59,481 bases of DNA from an uncultured Mycoplasma sp. GTDB lineage: Bacteria; Bacillota_I; Bacilli_A; RF39; UBA660. This document shows, piece after piece, positions 8,517 to 18,835 of the stretch. The position numbers and the translations under genes were made by a program. Under the pieces are notes generated by a model that was not told where the DNA came from, searched no databases, and worked only from the letters and a program-made list of their open reading frames with translations. How positions within the stretch are numbered: the first letter of the stretch is position 1; each line of letters begins with the position of its first letter. The stretch spans positions 1-59,481 of the forward strand of contig CANSFH010000004.1 in assembly GCA_947646115.1 (NCBI GenBank), written 5' to 3'.

Positions 8517-10649
8517 GTGATGTTTATGAAAAAATTATTTAATATTATAAAGACTATTTTTTGGGCATTTTGGGCTTTTATCAAGGGATGGTTTTCAGAT
8601 AAGAAACCAGGTAAAACTATACAAGAAAATACTCTAGAAAATGTACAAAGAGATAATGCTAAAATTAAAATTATCGATAGTAATGGTTTTACTACTGATG
8701 AAGCTAATAAAGACCCTCAAGAAATATTTATATCTGAAGCACATGTTAAAGAAATAATTAGAGAAAAATATCAAGATAATTTAGGCAATAATTATAATGA
8801 AGATATACCTACAGTAATAGAAAATAAAATTTTAACGCAAGTTAAAAATGAAGTACAAAAAGAAGAAATTATAACTATTAATAATTTAGAAGCTATAATT
8901 GAAGAACAAGTAAAAGCCAATACTCAAGAATTAAATAATACTGAAGATAAGCCTTATGTGAAAAAGACAGCTTTAAAAGAAAATTTTGTAGTTTTATTTA
9001 ATGATAATACTTATCAATTAGTAGATAAATTTGATAATATTATTTCAGTAAGATTTAAAGCTCCTATTATAGATTATGTAGATAATTATTTAAAAGTTTT
9101 TTATGATAATAAATATTATGTTTATGATATTAAAGGTAATATTTTAACTAAAGTTGGTTTTAAGGATATTAGACTTTATGAGGATTTTTATGCAGTTATT
9201 AATGATGATTATTTGTTAGATGTTCGAGAGTATTTAGACCCCAATTTTAAATTATCTACACCTATATTGCTTGATAAAATGTGCTATCAAAGCGACTATG
9301 ATATAAAAAAATATATTAGTGAATATAAAATTAAAATTAAAAGCAAAAATGAAGTGTATCATGCTGATACTAATGGAAATATTTTAAATAAAAAGGAAGT
9401 TAAGCCAATTGATATAACTAACCCCGTAGTTAACTCGCCTATTTTAGAACAACAATCTATTACTAATGAAGATGATAAGCCTTTAGGTAATGAGCAAACT
9501 TATGAAATTAAATATGGTTATAAGGAAGCTAATACTAATGATGCTTTTGAAAATACTTCATATGAAGAAAAATCAGTTAATAATAAAAATGAAGATTTAA
9601 TAAATGATAATTTTAATGAAGATTATCGAGAAACTAATGAGGAAAATCATCAAGCATATAATGATGATGCTATAAGTAATGAAGCTACAGTTGTAAATGA
9701 TAATAGCAATAATAAAAATAGTAATGAAAAACGTGAGATAAATTCAAAAAAAGAAATTACAACAGAAATTCAAAAAGTAGTTGATGATGTTGAAGAAAAA
9801 ATAGAGATAATATCAAATAATAGAATAATAGAAAATAAAAAAGAAGAACTTGATGATAAAAATTATGAAGCTTTAGAAGAAGAACTAAATCAAGTGTTAG
9901 AAATAATTGAATTAAAAAAGAAATCATCTAAAAATCCAGAGGATTTAAAAAAATTGAATTATTTAGAAAATAAAACATTAAGATTAAAAAGGAATATAGA
10001 AATTCAAAAAAATGCTGATATTACTAAAGAAAAGGAATATTTAGATGAAGGAATTCATACTGGAGAACTATATGATTTACAAACAGAACTTAAAAATGTT
10101 CATTTATCTTATGAACAAAATTTAAATAGCTATGCTCTGCAAAGTATCGAAGAATTAAATAAAATAAGTGTTAATGATGCTAATAATATTGAAAAAGATT
10201 TATTAAAAAAGGAATTACATAAAGCAAATAAAGTAGCAAAAGTAGCTAATATTCTGGATTTAATCCCCTTCGTTCGAAATTGTTATTTTAAATTTTTTGC
10301 AAGTGGAATGCTTGTTAAAACACATTTAAAAATATATGAAATTATTTTAAAGAGAAAGACTACTCCTTATAGAGAAAGTAACTTTAATAATATGATTAAT
10401 GGACATACTGCTCTCAATGGTGGCCTTTCGTTGAATGTGAGAAATGTTAATCGATTGAATGCTCTTGATGAAGCAACTAAAGCAAAATTCCCAGAAATGG
10501 CTTATGATGAAGAATATCAATTAAGCATGAATAATTTAAAAAATTCTTTATTATCTGAACAAGAAAAAATGCTTAAGAAAAAAAAGATTATTGCAAAATA
10601 TAATTTAGCTAAAAAAGCTATTGTGAGAGAAAGAAAAAAAGCTGCATAG
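8517..10649 (+). CDS. Large hypothetical protein: amphipathic N-terminus, beta-repeat module, N/E-rich linker, helical C-terminus
   Basis: 710-aa ORF; aa ~156-290 align by eye to the C-terminus of the 24354-26489 protein. Confidence 0.8.
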   Translation: MMFMKKLFNIIKTIFWAFWAFIKGWFSDKKPGKTIQENTLENVQRDNAKIKIIDSNGFTTDEANKDPQEIFISEAHVKEIIREKYQDNLGNNYNEDIPTVIENKILTQVKNEVQKEEIITINNLEAIIEEQVKANTQELNNTEDKPYVKKTALKENFVVLFNDNTYQLVDKFDNIISVRFKAPIIDYVDNYLKVFYDNKYYVYDIKGNILTKVGFKDIRLYEDFYAVINDDYLLDVREYLDPNFKLSTPILLDKMCYQSDYDIKKYISEYKIKIKSKNEVYHADTNGNILNKKEVKPIDITNPVVNSPILEQQSITNEDDKPLGNEQTYEIKYGYKEANTNDAFENTSYEEKSVNNKNEDLINDNFNEDYRETNEENHQAYNDDAISNEATVVNDNSNNKNSNEKREINSKKEITTEIQKVVDDVEEKIEIISNNRIIENKKEELDDKNYEALEEELNQVLEIIELKKKSSKNPEDLKKLNYLENKTLRLKRNIEIQKNADITKEKEYLDEGIHTGELYDLQTELKNVHLSYEQNLNSYALQSIEELNKISVNDANNIEKDLLKKELHKANKVAKVANILDLIPFVRNCYFKFFASGMLVKTHLKIYEIILKRKTTPYRESNFNNMINGHTALNGGLSLNVRNVNRLNALDEATKAKFPEMAYDEEYQLSMNNLKNSLLSEQEKMLKKKKIIAKYNLAKKAIVRERKKAA

Positions 10650-10741
10650 TTAAATGATACTATAAGTAGACAAAAATATAATATGCCTACTTTTTCTATT
10701 ATAAATAATATAAATGTGATAAAATAAATTTGGTGATATAA

Positions 10742-11098
10742 ATGATTAGTAATGGTGTGGATATTATAAAAATTGATAGATTAAAAAAAATTGTAAGTAA
10801 TGAAAAAATGTTTAATAATATATTTACCGAAAATGAACATAAATATTTCGAATTTAGAAATAATAGTCTAGAAACTTTGGCCGGAATGTTTGCTGCTAAA
10901 GAAGCTGTTTTAAAGTGTATGCACCAAGGTCTTGATAGTTATAAATTATCAGATATTGAAGTTAATCACAATAATTATGCCCCCTACTTAACATTTTATG
11001 GTGAACTAAAAAAAGAAATAGAACTGCAAAATTTACACTTTTCGGTTTCTATTTCTCATGATGGCGAATATGCAATAGCTTTTGTTATTTCATTTTAA
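10742..11098 (+). CDS. acpS: Holo-ACP synthase (phosphopantetheinyl transferase)
   Basis: GVDII, FAAKEA and SISH motifs. Confidence 0.92.
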   Translation: MISNGVDIIKIDRLKKIVSNEKMFNNIFTENEHKYFEFRNNSLETLAGMFAAKEAVLKCMHQGLDSYKLSDIEVNHNNYAPYLTFYGELKKEIELQNLHFSVSISHDGEYAIAFVISF

Positions 11099-12026
11099 CT
11101 TCTTTTTTATAGTTAATTAAATCTTCATTCCAAGTATTATATTTTGAATCTTGTCTGTGATCAGTAAATCCTTTCATTTTCATATAGTTTCCAAGATATT
11201 CGGAAACTTTTTTTGAGCCTTCAAAGTTTAAATGATCCCCTTTATCTACAGTTTCAGTTGCCCAATCTATATTTAAATTAACATCTAAGTTTAAATCTAA
11301 ATGTGCTACTTGAAACTCTTTAGCAATTTCTTTAATTGCTAAATATTTAGAATAATTGCAATTTTTCATACTTGGAGTACTTAAAAGTATTAATTCAATA
11401 TTATTTTCTTTACATTTTTCAATAATTTTAGAAATGTAATAATAATTTAAATCAGGTATTTCTTTAACATCTTTTTTCTTTTTCATATAATTCTTATGAA
11501 CATTATCAGGTGAGTTAACTTTACTCATATAGCGAAAACCTTTTAAATGATCACGATCTTTATAATTTTCTTCAGCAAATAATTCGCTTAATGATAAATT
11601 TTTCCAACGATTATGATATTCAAATACAGGAAATATTTTTTTACCTTCAGCACCAATAACATTTATAACTTTGTATTTACGAAAAAATTGATTTGTTTCT
11701 AAAAAAACAATTTGAGGTTTTTGGTTTTTTAAAGTTTTAATTAAATTATTATAAGATTCATATAAATATTGTGCTGACATGGCAAGATCATAAGAAGTAT
11801 AACCATAATTTTCCCATATATGCATGGGATTTATTGCTGTGTAAACAAGTGAATCACCAATAAATAAAGCGTCAAGAGAATTATCTTTTTCTCCCATTAC
11901 TAAATTTGTTTTGCGCGTTCTTGTAGACATTGCAATGTTACTTTTTGGAACAAATATAAATGATGATACTAATAATAAGATAATAAAAATGATAAGAAAT
12001 ATAAGAACTTTAACAACATTTTTCAT
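11085..12026 (-). CDS. SGNH/DltD-like membrane-anchored acyltransferase partner
   Basis: N-terminal TM; FIGDS block I; DKGDHLN (DxxH) block V; follows the MBOAT gene. Confidence 0.75.
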   Translation of the reverse strand: MKNVVKVLIFLIIFIILLLVSSFIFVPKSNIAMSTRTRKTNLVMGEKDNSLDALFIGDSLVYTAINPMHIWENYGYTSYDLAMSAQYLYESYNNLIKTLKNQKPQIVFLETNQFFRKYKVINVIGAEGKKIFPVFEYHNRWKNLSLSELFAEENYKDRDHLKGFRYMSKVNSPDNVHKNYMKKKKDVKEIPDLNYYYISKIIEKCKENNIELILLSTPSMKNCNYSKYLAIKEIAKEFQVAHLDLNLDVNLNIDWATETVDKGDHLNFEGSKKVSEYLGNYMKMKGFTDHRQDSKYNTWNEDLINYKKEVKMK

Positions 12027-12036
12027 AAATTACCTC

Positions 12037-13626
12037 CTAAAAATTAGCATATATTGGATCAATTGGTGTATAACCAGGACCATAAGCGCCAAAGATTATT
12101 ATAAACATAATAAGTGCAAAATAAATAACCCATCTGAAAACTATATTATAGCTAGCAATTTTCTCACGAATATTTAAGCCTTTTTCTCGTAATAAGCCAA
12201 TTATAAAAACAATTATAATAGAAACAATAATTATAATAAAGTCATTGCCATCTACCCCAAAAGTTAAGAATTTACCATTAATAAAACTTTCAAAAGTAAA
12301 AGAAGTAAAGATTGTTTTTATCATATTTAAAGCTTGTGTAAATGTGTTTGCCCTAAAGATTAATTCTCCAAAGACAATTAAAATAAATAGTTTAATAAAT
12401 TCAACAAGACGATAAATTATACTATTACGATTAATATGAAGTTTTAGACATAAATCTCTTATGAATGGTTCAGTAATATTACCTAATAAAATTAAAATAA
12501 AATGATATAATCCAAAAGCAATATAATTCCAACCAGCACCATGCCATAAACCGTTTAATAACCAAACTGATAATAAAGCTACAGATCCAGTTAATAGTGG
12601 ACCAAAATGATTTCCTAATTTTTTACGAGTAACAATAGTTAGTTTTTTCATCTTTTTAGATAAAGATACTGGATAAAAAATATAGTCTTTAAACCAAGTA
12701 CCTAAAGTAATATGCCATCTAGTCCAAAATTCGGAAATTGTTTTAGAGAAGAATGGCTGACGGAAATTTTCTGGAAGTTTGATACCAAATATTTCTCCAC
12801 TACCTATAATGACATCCATTGTACCTGAAAATTCCATATAAAGCATTATCGTGTAACATATTGCGCCAAATAGCACTAAACCACCATCAAGGACTTCTAC
12901 ACCATCAAATACTACTTTCACAAAAGCATTTAAACGATCAGCTACAACAAATTTTTTTAAGATTCCCCAAAGAATTCTTTGACAGCCAAAGCAAATATTT
13001 TGAAAAGTTATTTCTTTGCCACTGTATAAATCTTCTGCAGTGTCATTATATCTTGCAATTGGTCCTTCCATAATTCCAGGAAAGAAAGCAAGATAAAGTG
13101 CTAATCTAGTTATTTTATGATCAGCATCGATTTTTTTATGATAAACATCAACTAGATATGATATAGCTGCTAAAGTATAGAATGAAACGCCGATTGGGGC
13201 AATTAATTTGAATAATTTAAATTCAAATGGAATATTGATAATCTTTAATAAACTATTTATATTTACTGTAAAAAATGGTAAATATTTATATATAAAAAGT
13301 ATTATTACTTGCATGAGTATAGCTAGTAACAAAAATCTTTTTTTCTTTTTCTTAAAAGCTTCTTTTACCTTCTTTTTATCTTCGACAATATTTTTAGCAA
13401 AAAATTCTTCAGATTCAGTATCTATTTTCTCAAATTTTCTTCCAAAAAAATAAATGGAAGCTGTAGTAAATAACAAGAAGATTATTAATTTACCGGATAT
13501 TAAAAAAAAGAAAATGTAACTAGCTAGAAGCAATACTAACCATTTACATTTCTTTTTAGCTATATGATAAATTAGAACTGTAAGTGGCAAGAAAAAAAAT
13601 AAATATACGACACTTAAGTAGTTCAC
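12037..13626 (-). CDS. MBOAT-family O-acyltransferase (DltB/AlgI-like)
   Basis: PIGVSFYT, EGPI, ENFRQP, EFWTRWHITL, GLWHG. Confidence 0.93.
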   Translation of the reverse strand: MNYLSVVYLFFFLPLTVLIYHIAKKKCKWLVLLLASYIFFFLISGKLIIFLLFTTASIYFFGRKFEKIDTESEEFFAKNIVEDKKKVKEAFKKKKKRFLLLAILMQVIILFIYKYLPFFTVNINSLLKIINIPFEFKLFKLIAPIGVSFYTLAAISYLVDVYHKKIDADHKITRLALYLAFFPGIMEGPIARYNDTAEDLYSGKEITFQNICFGCQRILWGILKKFVVADRLNAFVKVVFDGVEVLDGGLVLFGAICYTIMLYMEFSGTMDVIIGSGEIFGIKLPENFRQPFFSKTISEFWTRWHITLGTWFKDYIFYPVSLSKKMKKLTIVTRKKLGNHFGPLLTGSVALLSVWLLNGLWHGAGWNYIAFGLYHFILILLGNITEPFIRDLCLKLHINRNSIIYRLVEFIKLFILIVFGELIFRANTFTQALNMIKTIFTSFTFESFINGKFLTFGVDGNDFIIIIVSIIIVFIIGLLREKGLNIREKIASYNIVFRWVIYFALIMFIIIFGAYGPGYTPIDPIYANF

Positions 13627-13628
13627 TT

Positions 13629-13859
13629 TTATTCTTCCTCTTGTAATTTAGTTATTAGTGCATACATACTTTTTACAGAATTAAAGTTGCTAGGAATGAT
13701 TTCAATTGTTGGTATTTCAACTTCAAACTCCTCTTCTATTTCTGCGACTAATGATAAAATAGTTAAAGAATCTAAAAATCTTCCATCTACTAAATTATCT
13801 GTATTTTGGTAATCTACCTCGGGATTTAATCCTTCTAATATTTCAATTAATTTATCCAT
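13629..13859 (-). CDS. Acyl/aminoacyl carrier protein (DltC-like)
   Basis: 76 aa, acidic, LDSL phosphopantetheine site, NFNSV. Confidence 0.9.
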   Translation of the reverse strand: MDKLIEILEGLNPEVDYQNTDNLVDGRFLDSLTILSLVAEIEEEFEVEIPTIEIIPSNFNSVKSMYALITKLQEEE

Positions 13860-13867
13860 TTATAACA

Positions 13868-15025
13868 CTACCTTTCTTCATTTGGACTATTTAATTTACT
13901 TGTTTTAATATTTGCTCGTACAAGCTCAATATTATCACCATTTTTAATTAATACTTTAGGTAATTCTCTACTTAAGAATAAAGATATACCTTCAGTTGTA
14001 GAGTAAGCTCCAGTATTTTTAAAAACTATTATATCACCTAGTTCTAAATGCCCAGGATGAAATTCTTTTACTAAAATATCATTTATAGTACATAAAGAAC
14101 CTACGACAATATAAGTATCATTACCATTCCTTTTGGGAATAACTTCATTGTAAGGAGTGTTCATGGCCATATTACCACCATAATATACTAAATGATTTAT
14201 TCCTCCATCTACTAGAGCATATGTACCTGATTTATTAGTTTTTAAATCAACGACACTAGTTAGGTATTCCCCTGCAGGAGCAGCAATACTTCGACCTAAT
14301 TCAAGACTAACTTTTTTATTTTTAATATGTTTGATAATTCGACTAAATTCAGTTAAGAATTCATCTTCATTAAAATTTGATCCTTCAAAATAATAAATTG
14401 GAAAACCTGGGCCATATTCAAATTCTTCTAAAGTGATATTATAGTCTCTTTCTAAATTTTCCATTAACTCATTTACTTTAATTAGTTCTTTTTCTAATAT
14501 CGGAATTGAATGCCGTTGGGTCTTATTAAAATATTCAATTCCCTTAATATTCATAAACTCTTTATCAAAATGTTCCAAAACATATTTTACGTCACTTTCA
14601 CTCATTCCAAATTGGTTACCACTTGTAAGTCTTATTAAAACATCAATCTTACGATTATATTCTTTAGATAATCTAGATAAAAGTTGAAACTGGTTTAATG
14701 ATTCAAGAGTAAATTTACCAGGATTAGAATGTTCAAACATATAACGAATACTAGCTTCATCTTTATATACTCCTGATATTACCATTTTTTCATCAGGAAC
14801 ATTTGATGAAACTGCTATTTCATATTCGCCAAAAGAACATAATTCGACTTTTTCAACGTATTCTTTAATATAAGGAATTAAGAAAGTGTTAGCTTTTACC
14901 GCATATACTAGATCAATATCCTTACTAATATATTTTCGTAAATAGTTAATACGCTCTTTTAATTTAGCTATATCAAGTAAATAAAATGGTGTCGAATATT
15001 TTTTCGTTATTTCTTCAATATTCAT
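13868..15025 (-). CDS. PLP-dependent fold-type III decarboxylase (LysA/BtrK/VinO-like)
   Basis: YAVKAN, ELGR, GSLC, GAYS; the HIGSQ and GGG motifs are altered to YFNKTQ and YGPGF. Confidence 0.85.
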   Translation of the reverse strand: MNIEEITKKYSTPFYLLDIAKLKERINYLRKYISKDIDLVYAVKANTFLIPYIKEYVEKVELCSFGEYEIAVSSNVPDEKMVISGVYKDEASIRYMFEHSNPGKFTLESLNQFQLLSRLSKEYNRKIDVLIRLTSGNQFGMSESDVKYVLEHFDKEFMNIKGIEYFNKTQRHSIPILEKELIKVNELMENLERDYNITLEEFEYGPGFPIYYFEGSNFNEDEFLTEFSRIIKHIKNKKVSLELGRSIAAPAGEYLTSVVDLKTNKSGTYALVDGGINHLVYYGGNMAMNTPYNEVIPKRNGNDTYIVVGSLCTINDILVKEFHPGHLELGDIIVFKNTGAYSTTEGISLFLSRELPKVLIKNGDNIELVRANIKTSKLNSPNEER

Positions 15026-16527
15026 TATTTCACCTCCCTACTCATTAAAGCTTTACGATCAATTTTACCATTTTTGGTAAGAGGCATTTCTTCTACTTTT
15101 ATTAATTTGGTGGGAATCATAAACACGGGTAAAGTTTCCTTTAATTTTAAATGTAAATCTTTTTTATCCATATCGCCAATGTAGAAGCCATAAAGCTTAC
15201 TTTTTTCTTCATCAAATATAACGCAAGAACGAATTATACCATTTATTTTCATCATAGCTCGTTCAATTTCTTCTAACTCGATTCTATGTCCTTGATATTT
15301 AATTTGAAAATCTTTGCGACCACAAAATACTATTTCACCAAATTCATTATATTCACCAAGATCTCCTGTATTATACATCATTTCTTGATATTCGGTAACT
15401 AGAGGATTAGTTATAAATACCTCATTGGTTTTTTCTTTATTATTATAATATCCTAAAGCTAAAGCAGTTCCACTTACACAGATTAAGCCTTTTTCATGAG
15501 GTTTAGTTATTTCTTTAGAGTTATCATCAAGAAGCATTACTCTTTCATTAGGAAAGTGCTTACCAATAGGTATTTTATCTTCATACATTCTATTTCTATC
15601 AAGGATATGATAAGTACAATTACAAGTTATTTCAGTGGGACCATAAACATTAACAAACATTGTATTAGGTAATTTTTCCATCCAAATATTTAAATGTTTC
15701 ATTGGCATTACCTCTCCAGAGAAAATTACTCTTCTAACAGACTTGGGCACTTTATAATCAAGACCATGGAAAGTAGTAATTAAACAAAGTGCAGAGACTG
15801 CCCAAGTTAAATTAGTTATGTTTTTATCTACTAAATAATCTAGTAATTTAGCAGGATTTGAAAAATAACTTTTAGGTATTATAACAAGAGTAGCTCCTGT
15901 AAAAAAGGCCGCATAAATATCTTTTACGGAAACATCAAAATCAAATGGAGCTTGATTACCTATAATATCAGTATCATTAATACCAAAAAGTCTAGTAAAC
16001 TCTCGCATAAAATCGATAATAGAACGATGACTTACTACAACACCTTTAGGAACTCCTGTAGAACCAGAAGTAAAGTTAATATATACAGGGTCATAATCAA
16101 TTACTTTATCATGAATAATATTTAATAATTCTATATTTATGGTTGTATTTTTAATATCACTAATATTTACTACATTTTCAAATAATTCACAAGCTAGATT
16201 AAGATGGTCATCATCAGTTATAACAAGAGGACTATTTAGTACACTTTTAATATCTAAAATTCGGTTATGAGGAAATTCGGGATTAACTAAACAATAGCTG
16301 CATCCGGCATACAGTGAACCTAAAAATGAAATTGAAGTATCTATTCCTTTATCCATAAAAATAATTATGGGCTTTTTAAATATTTTTAAATTAGCTATAA
16401 AAGTTCCAACACTTCGAGAAGATTTAATTAAATTTTTATAAGTTATTTTTTCGTCTTCACATATAATAGCTAGTTTATCAGGATATAAACTCGCACTATT
16501 TTCAATATAATTTAAGACTGTGTACAT
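15025..16527 (-). CDS. Stand-alone amino acid adenylation enzyme (DltA-like)
   Basis: FTSGSTGVPKG, FDVS, YGPTE, YNTGD, GHRIELEEIE, NGKIDR core motifs. Confidence 0.93.
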   Translation of the reverse strand: MYTVLNYIENSASLYPDKLAIICEDEKITYKNLIKSSRSVGTFIANLKIFKKPIIIFMDKGIDTSISFLGSLYAGCSYCLVNPEFPHNRILDIKSVLNSPLVITDDDHLNLACELFENVVNISDIKNTTINIELLNIIHDKVIDYDPVYINFTSGSTGVPKGVVVSHRSIIDFMREFTRLFGINDTDIIGNQAPFDFDVSVKDIYAAFFTGATLVIIPKSYFSNPAKLLDYLVDKNITNLTWAVSALCLITTFHGLDYKVPKSVRRVIFSGEVMPMKHLNIWMEKLPNTMFVNVYGPTEITCNCTYHILDRNRMYEDKIPIGKHFPNERVMLLDDNSKEITKPHEKGLICVSGTALALGYYNNKEKTNEVFITNPLVTEYQEMMYNTGDLGEYNEFGEIVFCGRKDFQIKYQGHRIELEEIERAMMKINGIIRSCVIFDEEKSKLYGFYIGDMDKKDLHLKLKETLPVFMIPTKLIKVEEMPLTKNGKIDRKALMSREVK

Positions 16528-16599
16528 ACTACCACCTCTTACTTAACAAAATTATAGCAAAAAAAAATTAAGTGTATCTTAAATTAACCTTAATTTTTC

Positions 16600-18180
16600 T
16601 TAAGAAAGAGGAAACTCTATTATAAATTCAGTTTTATATGGTTTACGTGGTTTTTTTATAAGTCTAATTGCTCCCCCATTAATTTCAACTGCTCTTTTAA
16701 CTATCGATAAACCAAGACCTGTACCAGTAGATGGTCCACGTGAATCATCGCCACTTACAAAAGGATTAAAAATATTATCCATTAATTCTTCATTAATCCC
16801 CTTGCCATTATCAGCAAATGTAATTCTAATTGTTTTTTTGATTTTTTCAAGTTTAAAATAAATAGTAGTACACTTTTCATTATATTTTAAAGCATTAGAT
16901 ATTAAATTATCAAGCATACGATTCATAATTTTTTTATCTATGTTGTATATTATTTTATAATTAGGAATTTTAACGTCAAGTTTAAATTTTAAAATTTCAA
17001 TGTCATTATATTTATTAGCTAAATATGTCGTAAAATATTCACTTAAATCAACTGCTTCTAAATGAATATCTAAACCTTTATTTTCATATTTGGTAAATTC
17101 TAATAAAGAATTTATAACATTTGTAGCTTCTTCACATTTACTATAAATTGCTTCTAAATAAATACGTTTTTTATTGTCAGGGACAATATCGTCTAAAAAT
17201 GCTTTGGAATAACCTTCAATAACTGTAAGAGGAATTTTTAAATCATGAGACAAATTAGCAAATATTCGAGCTCGCTCCTGATAAAGTTTATTTTTCTTTT
17301 CTTCTTCTCTTTTTAATTTATTAAAAATACGTTTAAAGCTATATACTAGCTTTATAAATTCTTTAGATATTTTACTATTTTCAATGACAAACTCATTATT
17401 TTTTTCATAATTCTCTAAAGCAATATTTAATGGTTCTAAACTTTTTTTGATATTAGAAACTATAAGATAAGCATAAATAATAATTATAGCTAAAAATAAA
17501 GGAATAAAATAAATCCAAGTTTGATTGATATGATTTAGAGTTTTTTGAAGTTCATCAGGATTTAGTTCTTTTGATAAAAAAATTATTATTCTTTTTTCTC
17601 CATCAATAGTTTCATAACTAGCTTTTTCAATAGAAATTCCTTTAGTATGATTGCCTTCAATTAAATTAAATTCTCGTTCAGTTAATGATGTTTTATCACC
17701 AAATAAGCTTCCATTTACAATATTATAATCTTTATCTAAAAAAGCAAAATCTACATATTCATTTGTACCACTTGAAGAAAACTTACTTTTTATTATATGA
17801 TAAAACTTTTCATTTTTAATATTTTTTTCATAAACAGTATAATAACTATAATCATAATAATCATTAATAAAGTCTAAATCTTCATCAGCAATAATATTAT
17901 TTAAATTAGAATCAGTAGAATATATAACTTCAAAGTCCTCATTATAAATTAAAAAATTATTATTTTTAAACTTATATAATGGTAATTTTGTAAAGTTATC
18001 AGTACGTAATATTTCTTCATAATTAAGTAAATCATCAATATATAAAAAACTATTATCAAGGCAATAATCAACTAATTTATTTACCAGAAAAAAAGTTAAT
18101 AAAATAGTCGTAATAAATAGTATAAAATAAATAATAGTATTTTTAATTAAGCTTTTATTAATTTTCATTTTTAGTTTCAA
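16600..18180 (-). CDS. Sensor histidine kinase
   Basis: Two TMs, SHDLKIP H-box, NLISNALKY, DNGKG, GTGLGL. Confidence 0.93.
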   Translation of the reverse strand: MKLKMKINKSLIKNTIIYFILFITTILLTFFLVNKLVDYCLDNSFLYIDDLLNYEEILRTDNFTKLPLYKFKNNNFLIYNEDFEVIYSTDSNLNNIIADEDLDFINDYYDYSYYTVYEKNIKNEKFYHIIKSKFSSSGTNEYVDFAFLDKDYNIVNGSLFGDKTSLTEREFNLIEGNHTKGISIEKASYETIDGEKRIIIFLSKELNPDELQKTLNHINQTWIYFIPLFLAIIIIYAYLIVSNIKKSLEPLNIALENYEKNNEFVIENSKISKEFIKLVYSFKRIFNKLKREEEKKNKLYQERARIFANLSHDLKIPLTVIEGYSKAFLDDIVPDNKKRIYLEAIYSKCEEATNVINSLLEFTKYENKGLDIHLEAVDLSEYFTTYLANKYNDIEILKFKLDVKIPNYKIIYNIDKKIMNRMLDNLISNALKYNEKCTTIYFKLEKIKKTIRITFADNGKGINEELMDNIFNPFVSGDDSRGPSTGTGLGLSIVKRAVEINGGAIRLIKKPRKPYKTEFIIEFPLS

Positions 18181-18835
18181 ATTTATACCCGAGCCCCCTT
18201 ACAGTTACAATATATTTTGGTTTAGATACATTATCTTCTAATTTACTACGAAGATTAGATATATGAACCATTATCGTATTATCGTCAAAGCAATAATTAT
18301 TACTTATTGCTTCATATAATTGATATTTGGTAAATACTTTACTAGGATTTTTCATTAAAAGTGCTAATATTTTAATTTCTGCAGTGGTTAAATTTAAAAG
18401 TTCATCTTCTTTATAAACTAAAAAGTTATCTAAATCAAGTTTAATATTGCCAATACTAATAGTTTTAGATTCTTTAGAAGTTCTTCTAAATATAGCGTTG
18501 ATATAAGCAAGTACTTCTAGAGGATTAAATGGTTTGGTGATATATGCATCGGCGCCTAAATTAAGACCTAAAATGCGGTCATTATCAGAAGCTTTAGCAG
18601 ATAAAAATATTACAGGAACATCACTAAACTTACGAATGTTTTTTACTAGTTCGTAGCCGTCCATAACTTCCATCATAACATCAGCGATAATTAAATCAAT
18701 TTTTTTTTCATTATAAATAGTCAAAGCTTCTTTTCCATTATAGCTTTTATAGACATTATAGTTATTTGATTCTAAATAAAGAGTTAAAAGTTCAACAATA
18801 TCTTTATCATCTTCAGCAATAAGAATATTTTTCAT
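18158..18835 (-). CDS. OmpR-family response regulator
   Basis: AEDD, DVMM, ITKPF, TVRGLGY. Confidence 0.95.
   Translation of the reverse strand: MKNILIAEDDKDIVELLTLYLESNNYNVYKSYNGKEALTIYNEKKIDLIIADVMMEVMDGYELVKNIRKFSDVPVIFLSAKASDNDRILGLNLGADAYITKPFNPLEVLAYINAIFRRTSKESKTISIGNIKLDLDNFLVYKEDELLNLTTAEIKILALLMKNPSKVFTKYQLYEAISNNYCFDDNTIMVHISNLRSKLEDNVSKPKYIVTVRGLGYKFETKNEN

Noticed and set aside
13868-15025. lysA (DAP decarboxylase) assignment
   Set aside because: Key LysA motifs are altered and the gene is wedged between an A-domain and an ACP; only a family-level call is supported.
11085-16527. Canonical dltABCD naming
   Set aside because: The A-domain pocket differs from DltA, an extra decarboxylase is present, and the MBOAT is long and AlgI-like.
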